Origin: Octopus vulgaris
Lineage: Eukaryota
Assembly: GCA_951406725.2 (NCBI GenBank)
Contig: OX597815.1
Span: forward strand, 107,756,001 to 107,820,000
Reading direction: 5' to 3'
Length of the DNA: 64,000 nt
Shown here: one piece after another, positions 26,006 to 38,719 of the stretch
Position numbering within the stretch: position 1 is the first letter of the stretch
Layout: the number at the start of each line of letters is the position of its first letter
The notes under the pieces: generated by a model
Told to the model about the DNA's origin: nothing
The model's input: only the letters and a program-made list of their open reading frames with translations
Database searches by the model: none
Made by a program: the position numbers and the translations under genes

Positions 26006-26328
26006 AGCACCCTATCAGTTATGACAACAAACAGATCCAGTTAATCTGATAGATGGAACAGCCTGCTCATGAAATTAATGTGGAAGTGGCTGAGTATTTC
26101 ACAGACATACATGCACTTAATGTAGTTCTCAGGGAGATTCAACATGACACAGAATGTTACAAGGCTGGCCCTTCAAAATGCAGGTACTACTCATTTTTAC
26201 CAGCTGGGTGGACTGGAGCAACATGAAATAAAGTGTCTTGCTCAAAGTCACAATGCACCACTGGAAATTGAACTCATGACCTTATGATTGTAAGCCGAAT
26301 ACCCAAACCACTTAGCCATGTGCCTTCA
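26006..26328 (-). mobile_element. tRNA-derived SINE family D
   Basis: Reverse complement TGGCTAAGTGG...GAGTTCAATTTCC; body shared with 51278-51455. Confidence 0.8.
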
Positions 26329-26329
26329 T

Positions 26330-26427
<98 letters not shown>

Positions 26428-26494
26428 TGAGAGAGATAGAAAGGCATGTGTGTGTGTAATGCCATTATTGATGATGATGATATATGTATACATG

Positions 26495-26685
26495 TCATCA
26501 TCATCATCCTTTAACGTCTGCTTTCCATGCTGGTATGGGTTGGCTGGTTTAGCCAGAGATGGCAGGCCAGAGAGCTGCACCAGATCCCTGTCTGATTTGG
26601 CTTGGTTTTTACAGCTGGATGCTCTTCCAAATGTCAACCACTTTACAGTGTGTTCTGGGTGTTTTTAACATGGCACCAGCACATA
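26495..26685 (-). mobile_element. RTE-type 3' tail repeat
   Basis: (CAT)n-ctttaacgtctgctttccatgctggtatgggttgg... Confidence 0.8.
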
Positions 26686-26799
26686 CACACATATATGACT
26701 ATATTCTTTGGTGTATTTCCTCGTTCTATTTTAAATGCTAGTAAAGTATCATCTGAAAAGAAACTAACAGCATAGAGGGCTTTTTCATTGGCGCTTTGT

Positions 26800-27250
26800 A
26801 AATTGTGTTGTTGTTGTTGTTGATGATGATGATGATGAAGAGGAGGAGGGTGATGGTGATGATGATGAAGATAATGATAGTATAATGGTAATGATAAAGC
26901 AGAGGAAGATAACAATTTGTGGTGATGACAGTTATATAGATGCTGTTGATGATTATATAGTACTGATGGTTAGGGTGATGGTGATGATGATGATAATAAT
27001 AATGATGATGATGATGATAGTGATGACAGTAATGGTGAAGGTGTTCATCATTATGTTGAGAATGACACCAATGGTGATGGCAATGGCGATGATGATGAAG
27101 ATGCTGTTGCTGCTGAAGGTGATGATTATGATAATGATCATCATGTTAAGAATGAAATCAATGGTGATGGTAGTAATGATGATGAGAATGATGATGATGA
27201 TGTCGATGCTGCTGCTGCTGCTGATAATGATGATGATGATGATGATAACG
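26800..27250. repeat. Degenerate (GAT/GGT)n low-complexity tract
   Basis: Cryptic trinucleotide repeat with an internal ~81-bp duplication (catcattatgttgagaatga / catcatgttaagaatga). Confidence 0.85.
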
Positions 27251-27705
27251 TTTATTTTCCTCTCAAACAACTGAGATAACAAAATATTAGTAACCTTGTT
27301 ATAGGAAATTTTCTCGTATATCTTTTTCATCTATTCCCATAATCGAGTAATGGTCTTTGTCCTCCTCCTGCTCCTCCTCACCTCCTCCTGCTCCTCCTCC
27401 CATCCTCCTGCTCCTCTTCCCCCTCCTCCTCTTTATGTTGAGAAGTGAAAATCTCTTTCTTTGCTGCTACCCTGAATTAGATAAAGATATTCCATAAGAA
27501 AGAACTCTAGCCTTCATGATTTAGTTCATCATCCCCACCCCCACAATCTTCATTCAAACATGAGGTGCTTGTACACATGAAACGTTGTCATCCGTTGGAA
27601 TGTTCAGTGTAAAACTATTGATTCTGAAGTTCCTTAGCTAGAAAAACAAAAACTTCCATATAGCTCAAATATATTGAGTCCTTGAGTAAGTTACATACCT
27701 AGAGA

Positions 27706-28118
27706 GGCATAGGAGTGGCTGTGTGTTAAGTAGCTTGCTCACGAACCACATGGCTCTGGGTTCAGTCCTTCTGCATGGAACCTTGGGCAAGTGTCTTGTA
27801 CTATAGCCTCGGGCCGACCAAAGCCTTGTGACTGGATTTGGTAGACGGAAACTGAAAGAAGCCCGTCATATGTATATATATATGTGTGTGTGTGTGTGTG
27901 CATACGTTTGTGTGTCTGTGTTTGTCTCCCCAACAGCGCTTGACAACTGATGCTGATGTGTTTACATCTCCCTAACTTAGCAGTTCGGCAAAAGAGACCG
28001 AGAGAATAAGTACTAGGCTTACAAAGAATAACTTCTGGGGTTGATTTGCTCGACTAAATGCAGTGCTCCAGCATGGCCACAGTCAAATGACTGAAACAAG
28101 TAAAAGAGTAAAAGAGAG
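27706..28118 (+). mobile_element. Full-length tRNA-derived SINE family A (~410 bp)
   Basis: A box TGGCTGTGTGT, B box GGTTCAGTCC, internal (TA)/(TG) tract, tail CAGCATGGCCACAGTCAAATGACTGAAACAAG(TAAAAGAG)2. Confidence 0.92.
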
Positions 28119-28149
28119 ACTTACATGATAAAACAAACAAATGCTCACC

Positions 28150-28420
28150 TGTTTCCCAATGGATTAGTTAACAGGGCTTGTGAGTGTTCATCTGTAAAAA
28201 TGGTTTCTTCAATATTATTATGCTAAAAAAAATACTGGCGTCTCCAAGTCTTTTCCAAGCAATAAGACTGCGTATGGAGACCTTTTACTGGTCCCTTTTC
28301 TGTCTTTTTATGTACATGCACCTTTTTTGGACTTCATTTGTGTCTTTACTTGACTTATTACTTGCTTTCTGTCCCCTCTTTTGCCTTTTTTCTGGCGAGT
28401 TGTACTGCACTTAAGCAATA
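28150..28420 (-). mobile_element. Possible R4/Dong-like LINE remnant
   Basis: Minus-strand KGLHTQ...NIEETIFTDEHSQALLTN resembles the R4 motif KxLHGQ...ETExxIxAAQDQALxTN; heavily decayed. Confidence 0.4.
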
Positions 28421-28447
28421 TATACAATAAACTTCTTACTGTTGCTG

Positions 28448-29774
28448 TTGTTAGCATGCCAGGTAAGATGTTTACCTTCTGAGTTAAAATTTTGCCAGCG
28501 TCCACTTTGCCTTCCATCCTTTTGAGGTTGATAAAATATGTGTCAGTTGAACACTGGGATTGCTATAATTGACTTAGCTCATCGCCCAAACCTGCTGGCC
28601 TTGAGCCAAAATTTGAAACCCATTATCATTATTATTATTATTATTACTACTACCCTGCATGCATAAGCCAAAGGAGGGCATTGTAATCACTCGTCTGTCT
28701 GTGTAATCACTGTTTGTCTGTGTGTTTGCAAAATTACTGGAAAACCGGTGAACAGATTTTCACCAAATTTGGCAGAAATATTCATTGGGTGAGTGGTTCG
28801 AAATGATAAAAATTTGTTTTGATTATCTTCAAACATACATAAATACATACATTGATATGAAACTCTGTGAGTGTGTGTGTGTGTGTGCATGTGTACAGTG
28901 ATGGATTTAAAGGTTTATTTATGAGTTTATTTCTTAATTTCACCGAAGTATAAATACCTATAATGGTGACAAAAACTTTTTTTTTAAATCGATCTTACAA
29001 ATTTTCCAATAAGCAAGTGATCATATTATTTATATCCTACAATGAACGACAGTATGTTTGATTCACCTGCCATCATTGAAAGACATTGAAATCATTTAAA
29101 TTTTATGCAATACTTTCTATAAGTATTTCATTTTGTTCACTTTCTTTTTCATTTGAATTGACCCTCATCATCATGTGTATAGATCATGGTGTACCTATGT
29201 GCAGAGACACCTGTGGGTACATACATACATACATACATACATACATACATACATACATACATACATAGGTATGTAACTGTGTGTGTGTGTTAGTACCGTG
29301 ATGGATTCAAGTGTTTCGCTTATTTAAGCATTGATTTCTTAATTTCACTGGAGTATAAATACTTATAATGGTGATACATAAAAGAAAAATATTATTCTGA
29401 GTTCAAATTCCACCAAGGTTGACTTTGCCTTTCATTATTTTGGGCTTGATAAAATAAGTAGCAGTTGGGTACTGGGGTTAATGTTATTGACTTACTTCCG
29501 CCCCAGAAATTGTCAGCTTTGTGCCTATAATAGAAAGGATTCTTATTATTATTATCATTATCATTATTCTGAATTCAAATGCAGTTGAGGGTGACTTTGC
29601 CTTTCGTCCATTCTAAAAATAAGTACCACTCAAATACTGGGCTGATGTAATCAACTCCCTTGAAACTGCTGGCCTTGTTCCCTTCACCTTCTAGTCTCTC
29701 TTTATCTCTCTAGCTGATATTGCTGTCCACTTAACTATCTACCCATCTATTCCTTTCTCTTTCTCTCTCTTTCT

Positions 29775-29820
<46 letters not shown>

Positions 29821-30490
29821 GTGACACTAGGGTACAAATATATGAAGTCTAATATACTCATCATGACTACCTGTCTAAGTGTACACCAGACACATGCATC
29901 ACAACCATATGTGTGTGTCATGGTGATCATATATCAAGATAAACAGCTCCTGACCTTGTATACTGATGAACAAAACACCCATGTTTCCAGAAGTGAATTA
30001 TTCAAACCCCAAAGAATTCCTTTCCACACATAGCTATGCTGCTCCTGACTATTTCTACTCACGATCAGAGATGCACATATTGTCAGCCACTAAGGGGCAT
30101 GCTTAACTGGTCAAAGTCAAGCATCTAACAAGTAAATCAGTGAATATTTGTTGTAGCCCATCTTTTAGACCAAGACAAAACATGTGCATAATAACGCTTC
30201 CAAGCAGTTAAGATCAACAGCCATGAGATCCACTACCTGGTGCTGTATCATCATCATCTTCATCATCATCATCATTAAAATGGTGATCTGGTAGAATCCT
30301 TAGCTCATCAAACAAATTGCTTAGTAGCATTCCTTCTAGCTCTCAACATTCTGAGTTCAAATTCTGCCAGAGTCAATTTTGCTTTCATCCTTTTGGAGGG
30401 TAATAAGATAAGTAGCACTCAAGTACTGGGGCCAATCTAATTGATGAATCCCTTCCCACTTAGACAGCTGGCTTTGTGCCAAAATTAGCA
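28448..30490 (+). mobile_element. Four plus-strand SINE B copies (~28448-28622, 29395-29545, 29565-29680, 30280-30490)
   Basis: Each has TTCTGA.TT.AAAT...TTTGC.TT..TC...AAGTA/ATG..CA core. Confidence 0.75.
28645..28830 (+). mobile_element. Helentron-associated (HINE/DINE-1-like) element 5' part
   Basis: tactaccctgc...gccaaaggagggcattgtaatcactcgtctgtctgt...aaaattactggaaaaccggtgaacagattttcaccaaatttgg fits the recalled HINE layout (GTCT repeat followed by CGGATTTTCACCAAATTTG). Confidence 0.55.
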
Positions 30491-32429
30491 AGTAAGATAA
30501 AATGTTTAGTGATCACCCTTCCATCCTATACAATTTCTACAGTTGTCACCTACTCTCCCCTCTTCTTTACCTTTCCTACATATCGACCCCCCCACAATTA
30601 TTCACTGTCTCTAACAATCTCTCACTCTCCTACATACTCTTGCAACCTCTCCCCACCTACACTTCCTGTTATCCTGCCCCACCTCACTTCTACTCGTGAG
30701 AGTACACCCTGACACCTCATCACTGTTATTTTTATCTCATTTCTTTCTGGGGGTCCATCCTAACCACTCCAACTCTCTTCTATACAATGAGTGGCTTTGT
30801 AGCTTTTCCTATGCTGCAAGAAACCTGTTCAGTTCTTACCCCTTCTTACACTTTAACCCCCACTTCCTTTGGCATACAACTGCCTCCCTTCTTTACTGTA
30901 GCCTCACTCACTCAAAGTGGAGTTTCTTGATGGCTGCAGGGTAACCTGAAAACTGCTATAGAAAATGCACCCAGTACATACCGTAAAGACCATCCTGAAG
31001 TAGATAATGGAGTGTGATGCAGTTCTTGGACCCATCAGATCCTGTCAAACTATCCAATCTATGCTAGCATGAAATACAGACATTAATACATGACAATAAT
31101 GTTGATGATGACAACAATAACGACGATGATGATGATATATATATGAATTTAAATCATTGATTTGGGGGATATATAAATATATTGGAACAGGAACCTTGCA
31201 GATATTTAAAATAATAGAGTATCCAGAATTTTGAACAGACTATAGAAATGTGCAAGATGAAATTGAAAGTTCAGGTTGTTTCAATAATTTAAACTATACA
31301 CCTTTCTTGTCAAAATTTCTGATCTGGTACCATCAAAAGAAATTCTTATCAATCATTATTATCAACATAATCACTATCTTGTTCTCTCTCCCACTAGCTT
31401 CCTCCTTCTGCTCACCTCCACAACCACCTACACTACCATTGCTGCTGCTGCCACCACCATCACCACTAGTAATGATAGCTGAATACCATAGATGTCAAAG
31501 CATCAGAATCCATTCTCAGTACAAAACTTCCAAATCTATTGAATGCTTCTTGTTCCAAGTCAACTAACTCTCTCAAAATGCTGTCCATTATATCTTAAAA
31601 CTAAAAAAGCAATATAAATAAATAAATAGGAACTGTATAAAATAAAAGAACAAAAACTGAAAAAGAATTGAAACTGGAAGATGAATGTGAAGAATATTAA
31701 AACAAAATTCAAAAATATAAAATAAAATGAGTAATATATGAATAAAAGATGAAAATATGAAAGAGGTACAGCACATTATTTGAGGACATTTCAGTTATAT
31801 TTTACTTCTTTTAACATCTCTCACATCCCAAAAGGTCATTTTAACATTTTCTGCTCTGATTTCTTTTGATATGATTTAATACTTCCTTTTCTTTTTTCTT
31901 TATTTCTTTTATCTTTACTTCTTGTCTTTGTCTTCATCTCTTTCTTCATTTCCTTCTTACACTTTATTCCATTCATTCAATAATTTTTCCTATACTGTCT
32001 TATATACACATATGCACATCTATGTGTGAGCATGGAGTATGTGTGTGTATGTGAAAGTGTACATGCACGTACACACACCCACACAAAATATATAATGACA
32101 AATATCAAAGGATGGAGTTGGCAAATCATTTTAATACTTCATTTACAATTGTTTCATCATTTCTCAATATGATCAATCTTGTATAATTCTGCAATCATTC
32201 CAGTAACTATTGATTAAATTTCATGTGCTATGTATGGTTTCTGCCATGACACAAGGTGAACATGACTTCCTTGAATCCTGTAAAAATTTATATGCTAATT
32301 GAACCAGAAACATAAATATGTATACTCCAACTTGGATGCGTCTACACGAACACATTTATATAGTAGAAACAAATGAATGTGAGAAACTAAACAAGTTATG
32401 ATTGGGCTACTCAAACATCCTCTATGAGT

Positions 32430-32572
32430 ATGTCAATTTGCTACAGATGAAGATGTGCAGGAAGTGGTGCATAAATGGCTGTGCAGCCAACTGAAAACCT
32501 TCTTTAATGGAATAAACAAACTTATAGACTCCTGGAAAGAGTGTACCAAAAAGCAAGGAGACTATGTCGATA
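32430..32572 (+). pseudogene. mariner transposase C-terminal fragment
   Basis: VQEVVHKWLCSQLKTFFNGINKLIDSWKECTKKQGDYVD matches the mariner terminus WL..Q...F..GI.KL..RW.KC....GDYVE. Confidence 0.8.
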
Positions 32573-32587
32573 ATAACAATAATAATG

Positions 32588-32653
<66 letters not shown>

Positions 32654-33325
32654 CATTGTGTACAGTGCTCAGGTGCACTACAACTCATCTAAAGTGTATG
32701 TATAATCAGGTGTAGTTTCGGAGGATTTCGGAAAGCATGAGGGCCTTATAGGATGCAGTGTCATGGCAGTCAACAACTGACGCAGGCAGTTTGTTCCATG
32801 CTTCAGCAACTCTGAGCGTGAAAAAATGTTTCCGAAAGTCATGGGAGCTGTGTTGTTTTCTGACTTTGTAGGCATGTCCACGTGTGTTGGACACATGGAG
32901 ATCAAAAAGGTGTTCAGTGTTGTTGTTGGTGAGGTGGTTGATAACTTTGTGGGTGTTTACCAAGTCCATCGCCAGACGCCGGAGCTTCAGTGAATCCATG
33001 CCCAGGGAAACAAGGCACTCAGAGTATGGTAGGTGTCTGATGGAGGGTATGCATTTGGTTGCACGCCTCTGAACAGATTCCAGGAGGTCAATGTTCTGAG
33101 CAAGATAGGGGTTCCAAACTGATGATGCGAATTCCAAGTGTGGTCGTACCTTAGCTGTATACAGTTTTAAATAGATGGCTGGAGAGCGGCTAACAAAAGT
33201 CTTGCTGAGTGATGCCAAGACACCCTTGGCCTTCTTGACAATTTTAGAGATATGCTTTGTCCAACGCAAATCACTGCTGACAGTGATGCCTAGGTCACGC
33301 TCGCAAGAGGATTTCTTGATATCAG
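32571..33325 (-). mobile_element. 5'-truncated CR1-group LINE (RT C-terminus, 3' UTR and probable (ATT)n tail)
   Basis: ORF 32706-33269, extendable upstream: ERDLGITVSSDLRWTKHI...VRPHLEFASSVWNPY...LESVQRRATK...TRGH...FFTLRVAEAWNKLP. Confidence 0.92.
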
Positions 33326-33436
33326 TGATATAAGTGATGTAATTATTCAGCTCTGCATTTGTTTTAATAAATTACAGAAACAAGGGTGTGTATAAGTTTT
33401 TACTTATCCTCCCATATATATATATATATATGTATG

Positions 33437-33473
<37 letters not shown>

Positions 33474-33522
33474 GTATGTATGTATATGTATATCTATATA
33501 TATATGTATGTATGTATGTATG

Positions 33523-33555
<33 letters not shown>

Positions 33556-33559
33556 ATAT

Positions 33560-33800
33560 CATCATCATCATCATCATCGTTTAGCGTCCGTTTTCCATGC
33601 TAGCATGGGTTGGACGGTTCTACTGGGGTCTGTGAAGCCAGAAGGCTTCATCAGGCCCAGTCAAATCTGGCAGTGTTTCTACGGCTGGATGCCCTTCCTA
33701 ATGCCAACCACTCCGTGAGTGTAGTGGGTGCTTTTTACGTGCCACCCGCACAGGTGCCAGACAGCTGGCAAATGGCCACGAACGGATGGTGCTTTTTATG
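33560..33800 (-). mobile_element. Young RTE-type 3' tail repeat
   Basis: CpG-rich, near-identical to 35880-36017 and similar to 63052-63340. Confidence 0.88.
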
Positions 33801-33922
33801 TGATATATATATATATATGTATGTATGTATATATATATATGTATGTATGTATGTATATATATATATATATGTATGTATGCATGTATGTATATATGTATAT
33901 GTATATATATATTGTATGTATG

Positions 33923-33975
<53 letters not shown>

Positions 33976-33980
33976 GAATG

Positions 33981-34015
<35 letters not shown>

Positions 34016-34092
34016 ATGTATATATATATATGTGTGTATGTATATGTATGTATATGTATATATATATACATATACAATCAAAGCAATTTAAA

Positions 34093-34285
34093 TCTGGAAA
34101 TTTAAATCTACACTACGGATTAATTCACCTTTTCTGTGAAGCTAATAAGTTTTTAGAAACCTGTGATAAATCTGTGCATCATCCTCCTCATATCTCTGGA
34201 AATTTAAATCTACACTACGGATTAATTCACCTTCTCTGTGAAGCTAATAAACTTTTAAGAACCTGTGATAAGACTATGCATCATC
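34093..34285. repeat. Tandem duplication, period 102 bp
   Basis: tctggaaatttaaatctacactacggattaattcacctt.tctgtgaagctaataa at 34093 and 34195. Confidence 0.92.
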
Positions 34286-34537
34286 ATTAAGGAACTTTGG
34301 AAATCTGTTTGCAACCTAAATCTGCCTTTAATGAAATTATCTCCAATACTTCATGAGTATAGCCTCACCCACTAAGATGTTTGGAGAACTCATATGTATT
34401 TTAGCTGATGAGTACGGGACACTTTTATCTGCTGTAATTTTTGCAACTTGTAATAAAGCCTGTCTTTGTATGAAACAATTGTACTAAAATCTAATCCATT
34501 CTTGTTGCTTCTTTCTCGTATATACATATACATATAT

Positions 34538-35705
34538 GGAGTGTGGTTGCATGACATCCTGAAAGATAGGAGTCAGGCAGTAGTGGTTAATGGAGCCACC
34601 TCTATGAACACACAAATAGTGAGTGGTGTTCCACAGGGCACTGTCTTGGGACCACTGCTTTTTATAGTGGCCCTCTCAGATATGCCCTCAAATGGCCGGA
34701 TAGCCACTCTGGCCAGCTATGCAGACAATACGAAAGTCTCACAGAAAATACAGGACCCCAGCAATGTTGCACACCTGCAGCAGGAGTTGGGCTCAATCTA
34801 CAGATGGGCTGAGGATAATAATATGCAGTTTAATGCTGAAAAATTCCAGGCTCTGCACTACCAGCATCCAAAACTGAATATTAAACTTACAGGATACACC
34901 GGTCCACAGCGAATTTCAATCCCAGAGCCTAAGTCTGTGAGGGACCTGGGTATCGACATGAGTGATGATACCTCTTTCCAAGTGCACATTACCAGGATGG
35001 CAACAAAGTGCAGACGACTGGCTGGGTGGATCCTAAGAACATTCAGAACCAGAGATAAGGAAACCATGATGGTCCTCTGGCGGACATTTGTCCTCAGTCG
35101 CCTGGATTACTGCTCACAGCTATGGTCACCCACCAGTGTAAAATTAACAGCGGACCTTGAAGCAATCCAGAGAAGATTCACAAAGAAGATCGTCTCTTTG
35201 CAACAGCTCAGCTACTGGGAAAGGTTGAAACAGCTAAGACTCTACTCCCTGGAGAGAAGACGGGAGAGGTATGCAGTGATATATGTCTGGAAGATCCTGG
35301 AAGGAATTGTGCCAAATTTTGGCATTGTAAGCTACACCAATGCTAGAACGGGACGACACTGCATAGTGCCAAAGATCCCAGCAATGCCATCACGCTTCAG
35401 GACCAGCTTCTGCAACAGCCTGGGTTTCAAGGGCCCACAGCTTTTTAATATTCTCCCAAAGAGTCTGAGGAACTTGCACAAAGTAGATGTAGCAGTTTTT
35501 AAATCAAAGCTGGACATCTTCCTGTCAAGAGTCCCAGATGAACCTACCTCACGGCAAGAGGTGCAAATGAGAATAGCTGTATCAAACTCCATTCTTCACC
35601 AAGTGCCACATATTAGACGAGGTTCGTCGTAATAACAGTGTAGCACAAAACAGTGGTGCATCAGCATGGCCGCAGCTCTGAGCTGAAACTAGAAAAAAAA
35701 AAAAA
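34538..35705 (+). mobile_element. 5'-truncated CR1-group LINE with open RT C-terminal half and poly(A) tail
   Basis: Uninterrupted frame to 35632 with SGVPQGTVLGPLLF, YADN (catalytic YADD mutated), RDLGI, SRLDYCSQLWSP, SLERRRERY; A-run at 35693-35705. Confidence 0.95.
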
Positions 35706-35777
35706 TATATGTATGTATATGTATATATATATATATATGTATGTATATGTATATATATATATATATGTATGTATATG

Positions 35778-35808
<31 letters not shown>

Positions 35809-35879
35809 GTATGCATATATATATACACATATATATATATATGTATATATATATACATACATATATATATATATATATA

Positions 35880-36017
35880 TATCATCATCATCATCATCAT
35901 CGTTTAGCGTCCGTTTTCCATGCTAGCATGGGTTGGACGGTTCTACTGGGGTCTGTGAAGCCAGAAGGATTCATCAGGCCCAGTCAAATCTGGCAGTGTT
36001 TCTATGGCTGGATGCCC
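35880..36017 (-). mobile_element. Young RTE-type 3' tail, truncated
   Basis: About 2 mismatches versus 33560-33694. Confidence 0.88.
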
Positions 36018-36248
36018 TATATAGGAACAATTCAAATAAACAATTAATTTCATAAAAACAAATAATAAAATTACCAGACAACAAGACAAGATGCACAAGG
36101 AATGTATTAACTTAACGTTTGGAAAGGAAAAAGGGAAAAGTCCAAAGAAGGAAAAGAAATTTCCAACAGTACATGTGTGATTACATTGCTGAAGTTACCA
36201 GGAGTAGAAAGATATATGTATATATGTATACATACACTCACATATCTA

Positions 36249-36560
<312 letters not shown>

Positions 36561-36781
36561 GGTGACTGCCGGACAGAAGGGTCACACAGGAGGATGAAGA
36601 AGTAGGGGAGATAACAAAGTAAAGATGATCCCCAAAACGAAGGTGCATGTGTGTGTAAGAGAGTACATATGTGCGTGTGAAAGAGGACTGGCAGTCTTGA
36701 CGTGCACATGTGTGTATGTGTAGGTGTGAAAATGTTGGGATGGGAATTGATATATATATAAGAGCAAAATCAAACACACAT

Positions 36782-37045
36782 ACAGAGGGTGTGCATGTTG
36801 TTAGTTTGTAGGTCGGCTCTAGTTTTTAGGCATAAGAGAATATATTCTCTATGTGCCTGGTGTAAAAGACATCTGAAAGTAAGTCACAGTCAAGCAAGAT
36901 GTAATGTGAAAGGACTTGATGTGAGTTGTCTCACTTGACTAACTTACTTTCAGGTATTTTTTACACCAGGTACATAGAGAATATATTCTCTTAATCCTAA
37001 AAACCACTGTTGACCCACGAACTAACAGCACACACACACCCTGTG
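36782..37045. repeat. Imperfect inverted repeat with ~115-bp arms
   Basis: tttttaggcataagagaatatattctctatgtgcctggtgtaaaagacatctgaaagtaagt / acttactttcaggtattttttacaccaggtacatagagaatatattctcttaatcctaaaaa. Confidence 0.85.
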
Positions 37046-37169
37046 TTCGATTTAGTTTAGTAGAAGATACTTGGCCAAGGTGACATGCAGTGAAACGGAA
37101 CCCAGAATCATGTAAGCAAGCTACATACCACACAGCCACTCCTGCACTTATACCTAGTGTGAATTTAGA

Positions 37170-38325
37170 AATAGACACAGAGCTCATCAAAGAAAAGCTG
37201 TATTTGAAAATAAATTGACTTAGATGATCTTGAGAATCCTTTTTCACACATATTTAATGAATTCACTGTTAGCATCAATGACTACATGAATACAGGCTCA
37301 AAAGCATTAACATGAGTAAATCAGATCAATTTTGGACAACATAGTGCTGGATATAGTGACTTGAGAGATTGTATGGTGTTATGAGGGTGTTGACCCTCAG
37401 TCTAGTTGATTGGGGTCTGGTGATCTAGGAGGCCATGTTTCTGGGTGAACATGGTCATAGAGCCTGGCACACATCTGCCCTTGAGTTGTCCTAGCCTCAT
37501 GAGACAGTGAAGAATCTTGTTGGAAGATGTATGGTCTTCCATTATGTACTCTGTTTATGCAGGTCCACACAACTTTTTCCAACACCTCTGTGTAGACAGC
37601 ATCATTGACACTTAAGCCCTATGGAAAAATGGAAGAGATATGACTTTCCTCATTGCTGATGACTCTCAGAATCGTCACAGTTGTAAGGAAATTAGTATGC
37701 ATGACTATTGGAAACATGTTTAGGTCTCTGCATAATCATCTGTTGTTCTTACCTTTTGGTCTTGATCAAAGTTTTTCTCATTGGACAAAAACCATAGCAT
37801 TCTAGTCTCTTCGTGTTTTAACTTGTTTAACAAGTGTTTTGCATTGATTGAACAATTCTCTCATCACAGCTGACATAAATTGACCCTTCTGCGTCACATA
37901 TGATTTGTACCAGACATCCACATGCACAACTCTTCTAATGGTGCATTGTGAAACCTTGAGGTCCTTTGCAATGGTTCTGATTGTTTTACCATGGTTTTAT
38001 CAATAATTTCTAGGACATTTTGTAGAAAGTTATGTGTTCTGATAGTATTAGGATCCACTGTATGTGTTTGGAATTTAGCTGCTAATCTTAGATCTCCACC
38101 AGCAGTTTCTAGCTCCTTTCAAATTTTGACAATGAAGAATTGGATAGATTTCAGGAAGCCAGCTTTCTCTATATTACTATTCTTTGCTTTCAAGGCAACA
38201 GTTACAGCTTGCCTTTTCATTTGCTGAGTCAATCTGATACCTGACATCTGAAAAGTAAGGTATAAAAATAAGGTTATAAGAAAGAGCTTTTGAATGTTAG
38301 AGCTCAAAAAACTGATGCATCCAGG
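37170..38325 (-). pseudogene. Decayed maT-type (DD37D) transposon
   Basis: YIFQQDSSLSHEARTTQGQMCARLYDHVHPETWPPRSPDPNQLD has 37 residues between D and D; N-terminal MKRQAVTVALKA and FSNEKNFDQDQK pieces. Confidence 0.85.
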
Positions 38326-38506
38326 ATATGTATCTGTGTGTGTGTGTGTGCGTGTGTGTGTGTGTGTGTATTTGTGTGTATACACACACACACACATATA
38401 ATTAAAATGAGGGTGAAAAATTGGCTATTAATTTGATTAACATCAATTTAAAACCAGTAGTCTAGAATATTAAAAACTGAAGGTTCAGTAAATTGTATTA
38501 CATACA

Positions 38507-38554
<48 letters not shown>

Positions 38555-38719
38555 ATAATCCTACTTATGTAGCACCAAATTCTAGCTGTGGCACCACCTC
38601 CTAATCCAATACCATTACAGATTGCACTTCAGGTTCTCCCCCACTAACAATGAACCGATGGATCTCAACCTCACTAGCAGTAAATTCCAACCACAGAGCA
38701 GGTAGGAAAACTTGAAATT

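Noticed and set aside
26885-27274. Met-rich ORF superficially reminiscent of cephalopod reflectin
   Set aside because: Lacks the reflectin M/FD(X)5MD motif and Tyr/Arg content; simple (ATG) repeat
27706-27785. tRNA-like sequences with A and B boxes (also 25391, 26328, 39486, 51656)
   Set aside because: No complete cloverleaf, and they continue into multicopy SINE bodies; not tRNA genes
28149-28222. Minus-strand mini-exon (ttttTAG...AG|GTGAGC)
   Set aside because: The peptide is better explained as a decayed R4/Dong-like LINE segment, and no partner exons were found
33386-34290. Long ORFs rich in YIYI/CVCV/MYV (also ~1700, 35600-36450, 40850-41360, 45900-46430, 56600-57100)
   Set aside because: These are translations of stop-free (TA)n/(TG)n/(TATG)n microsatellites, open in several frames on both strands
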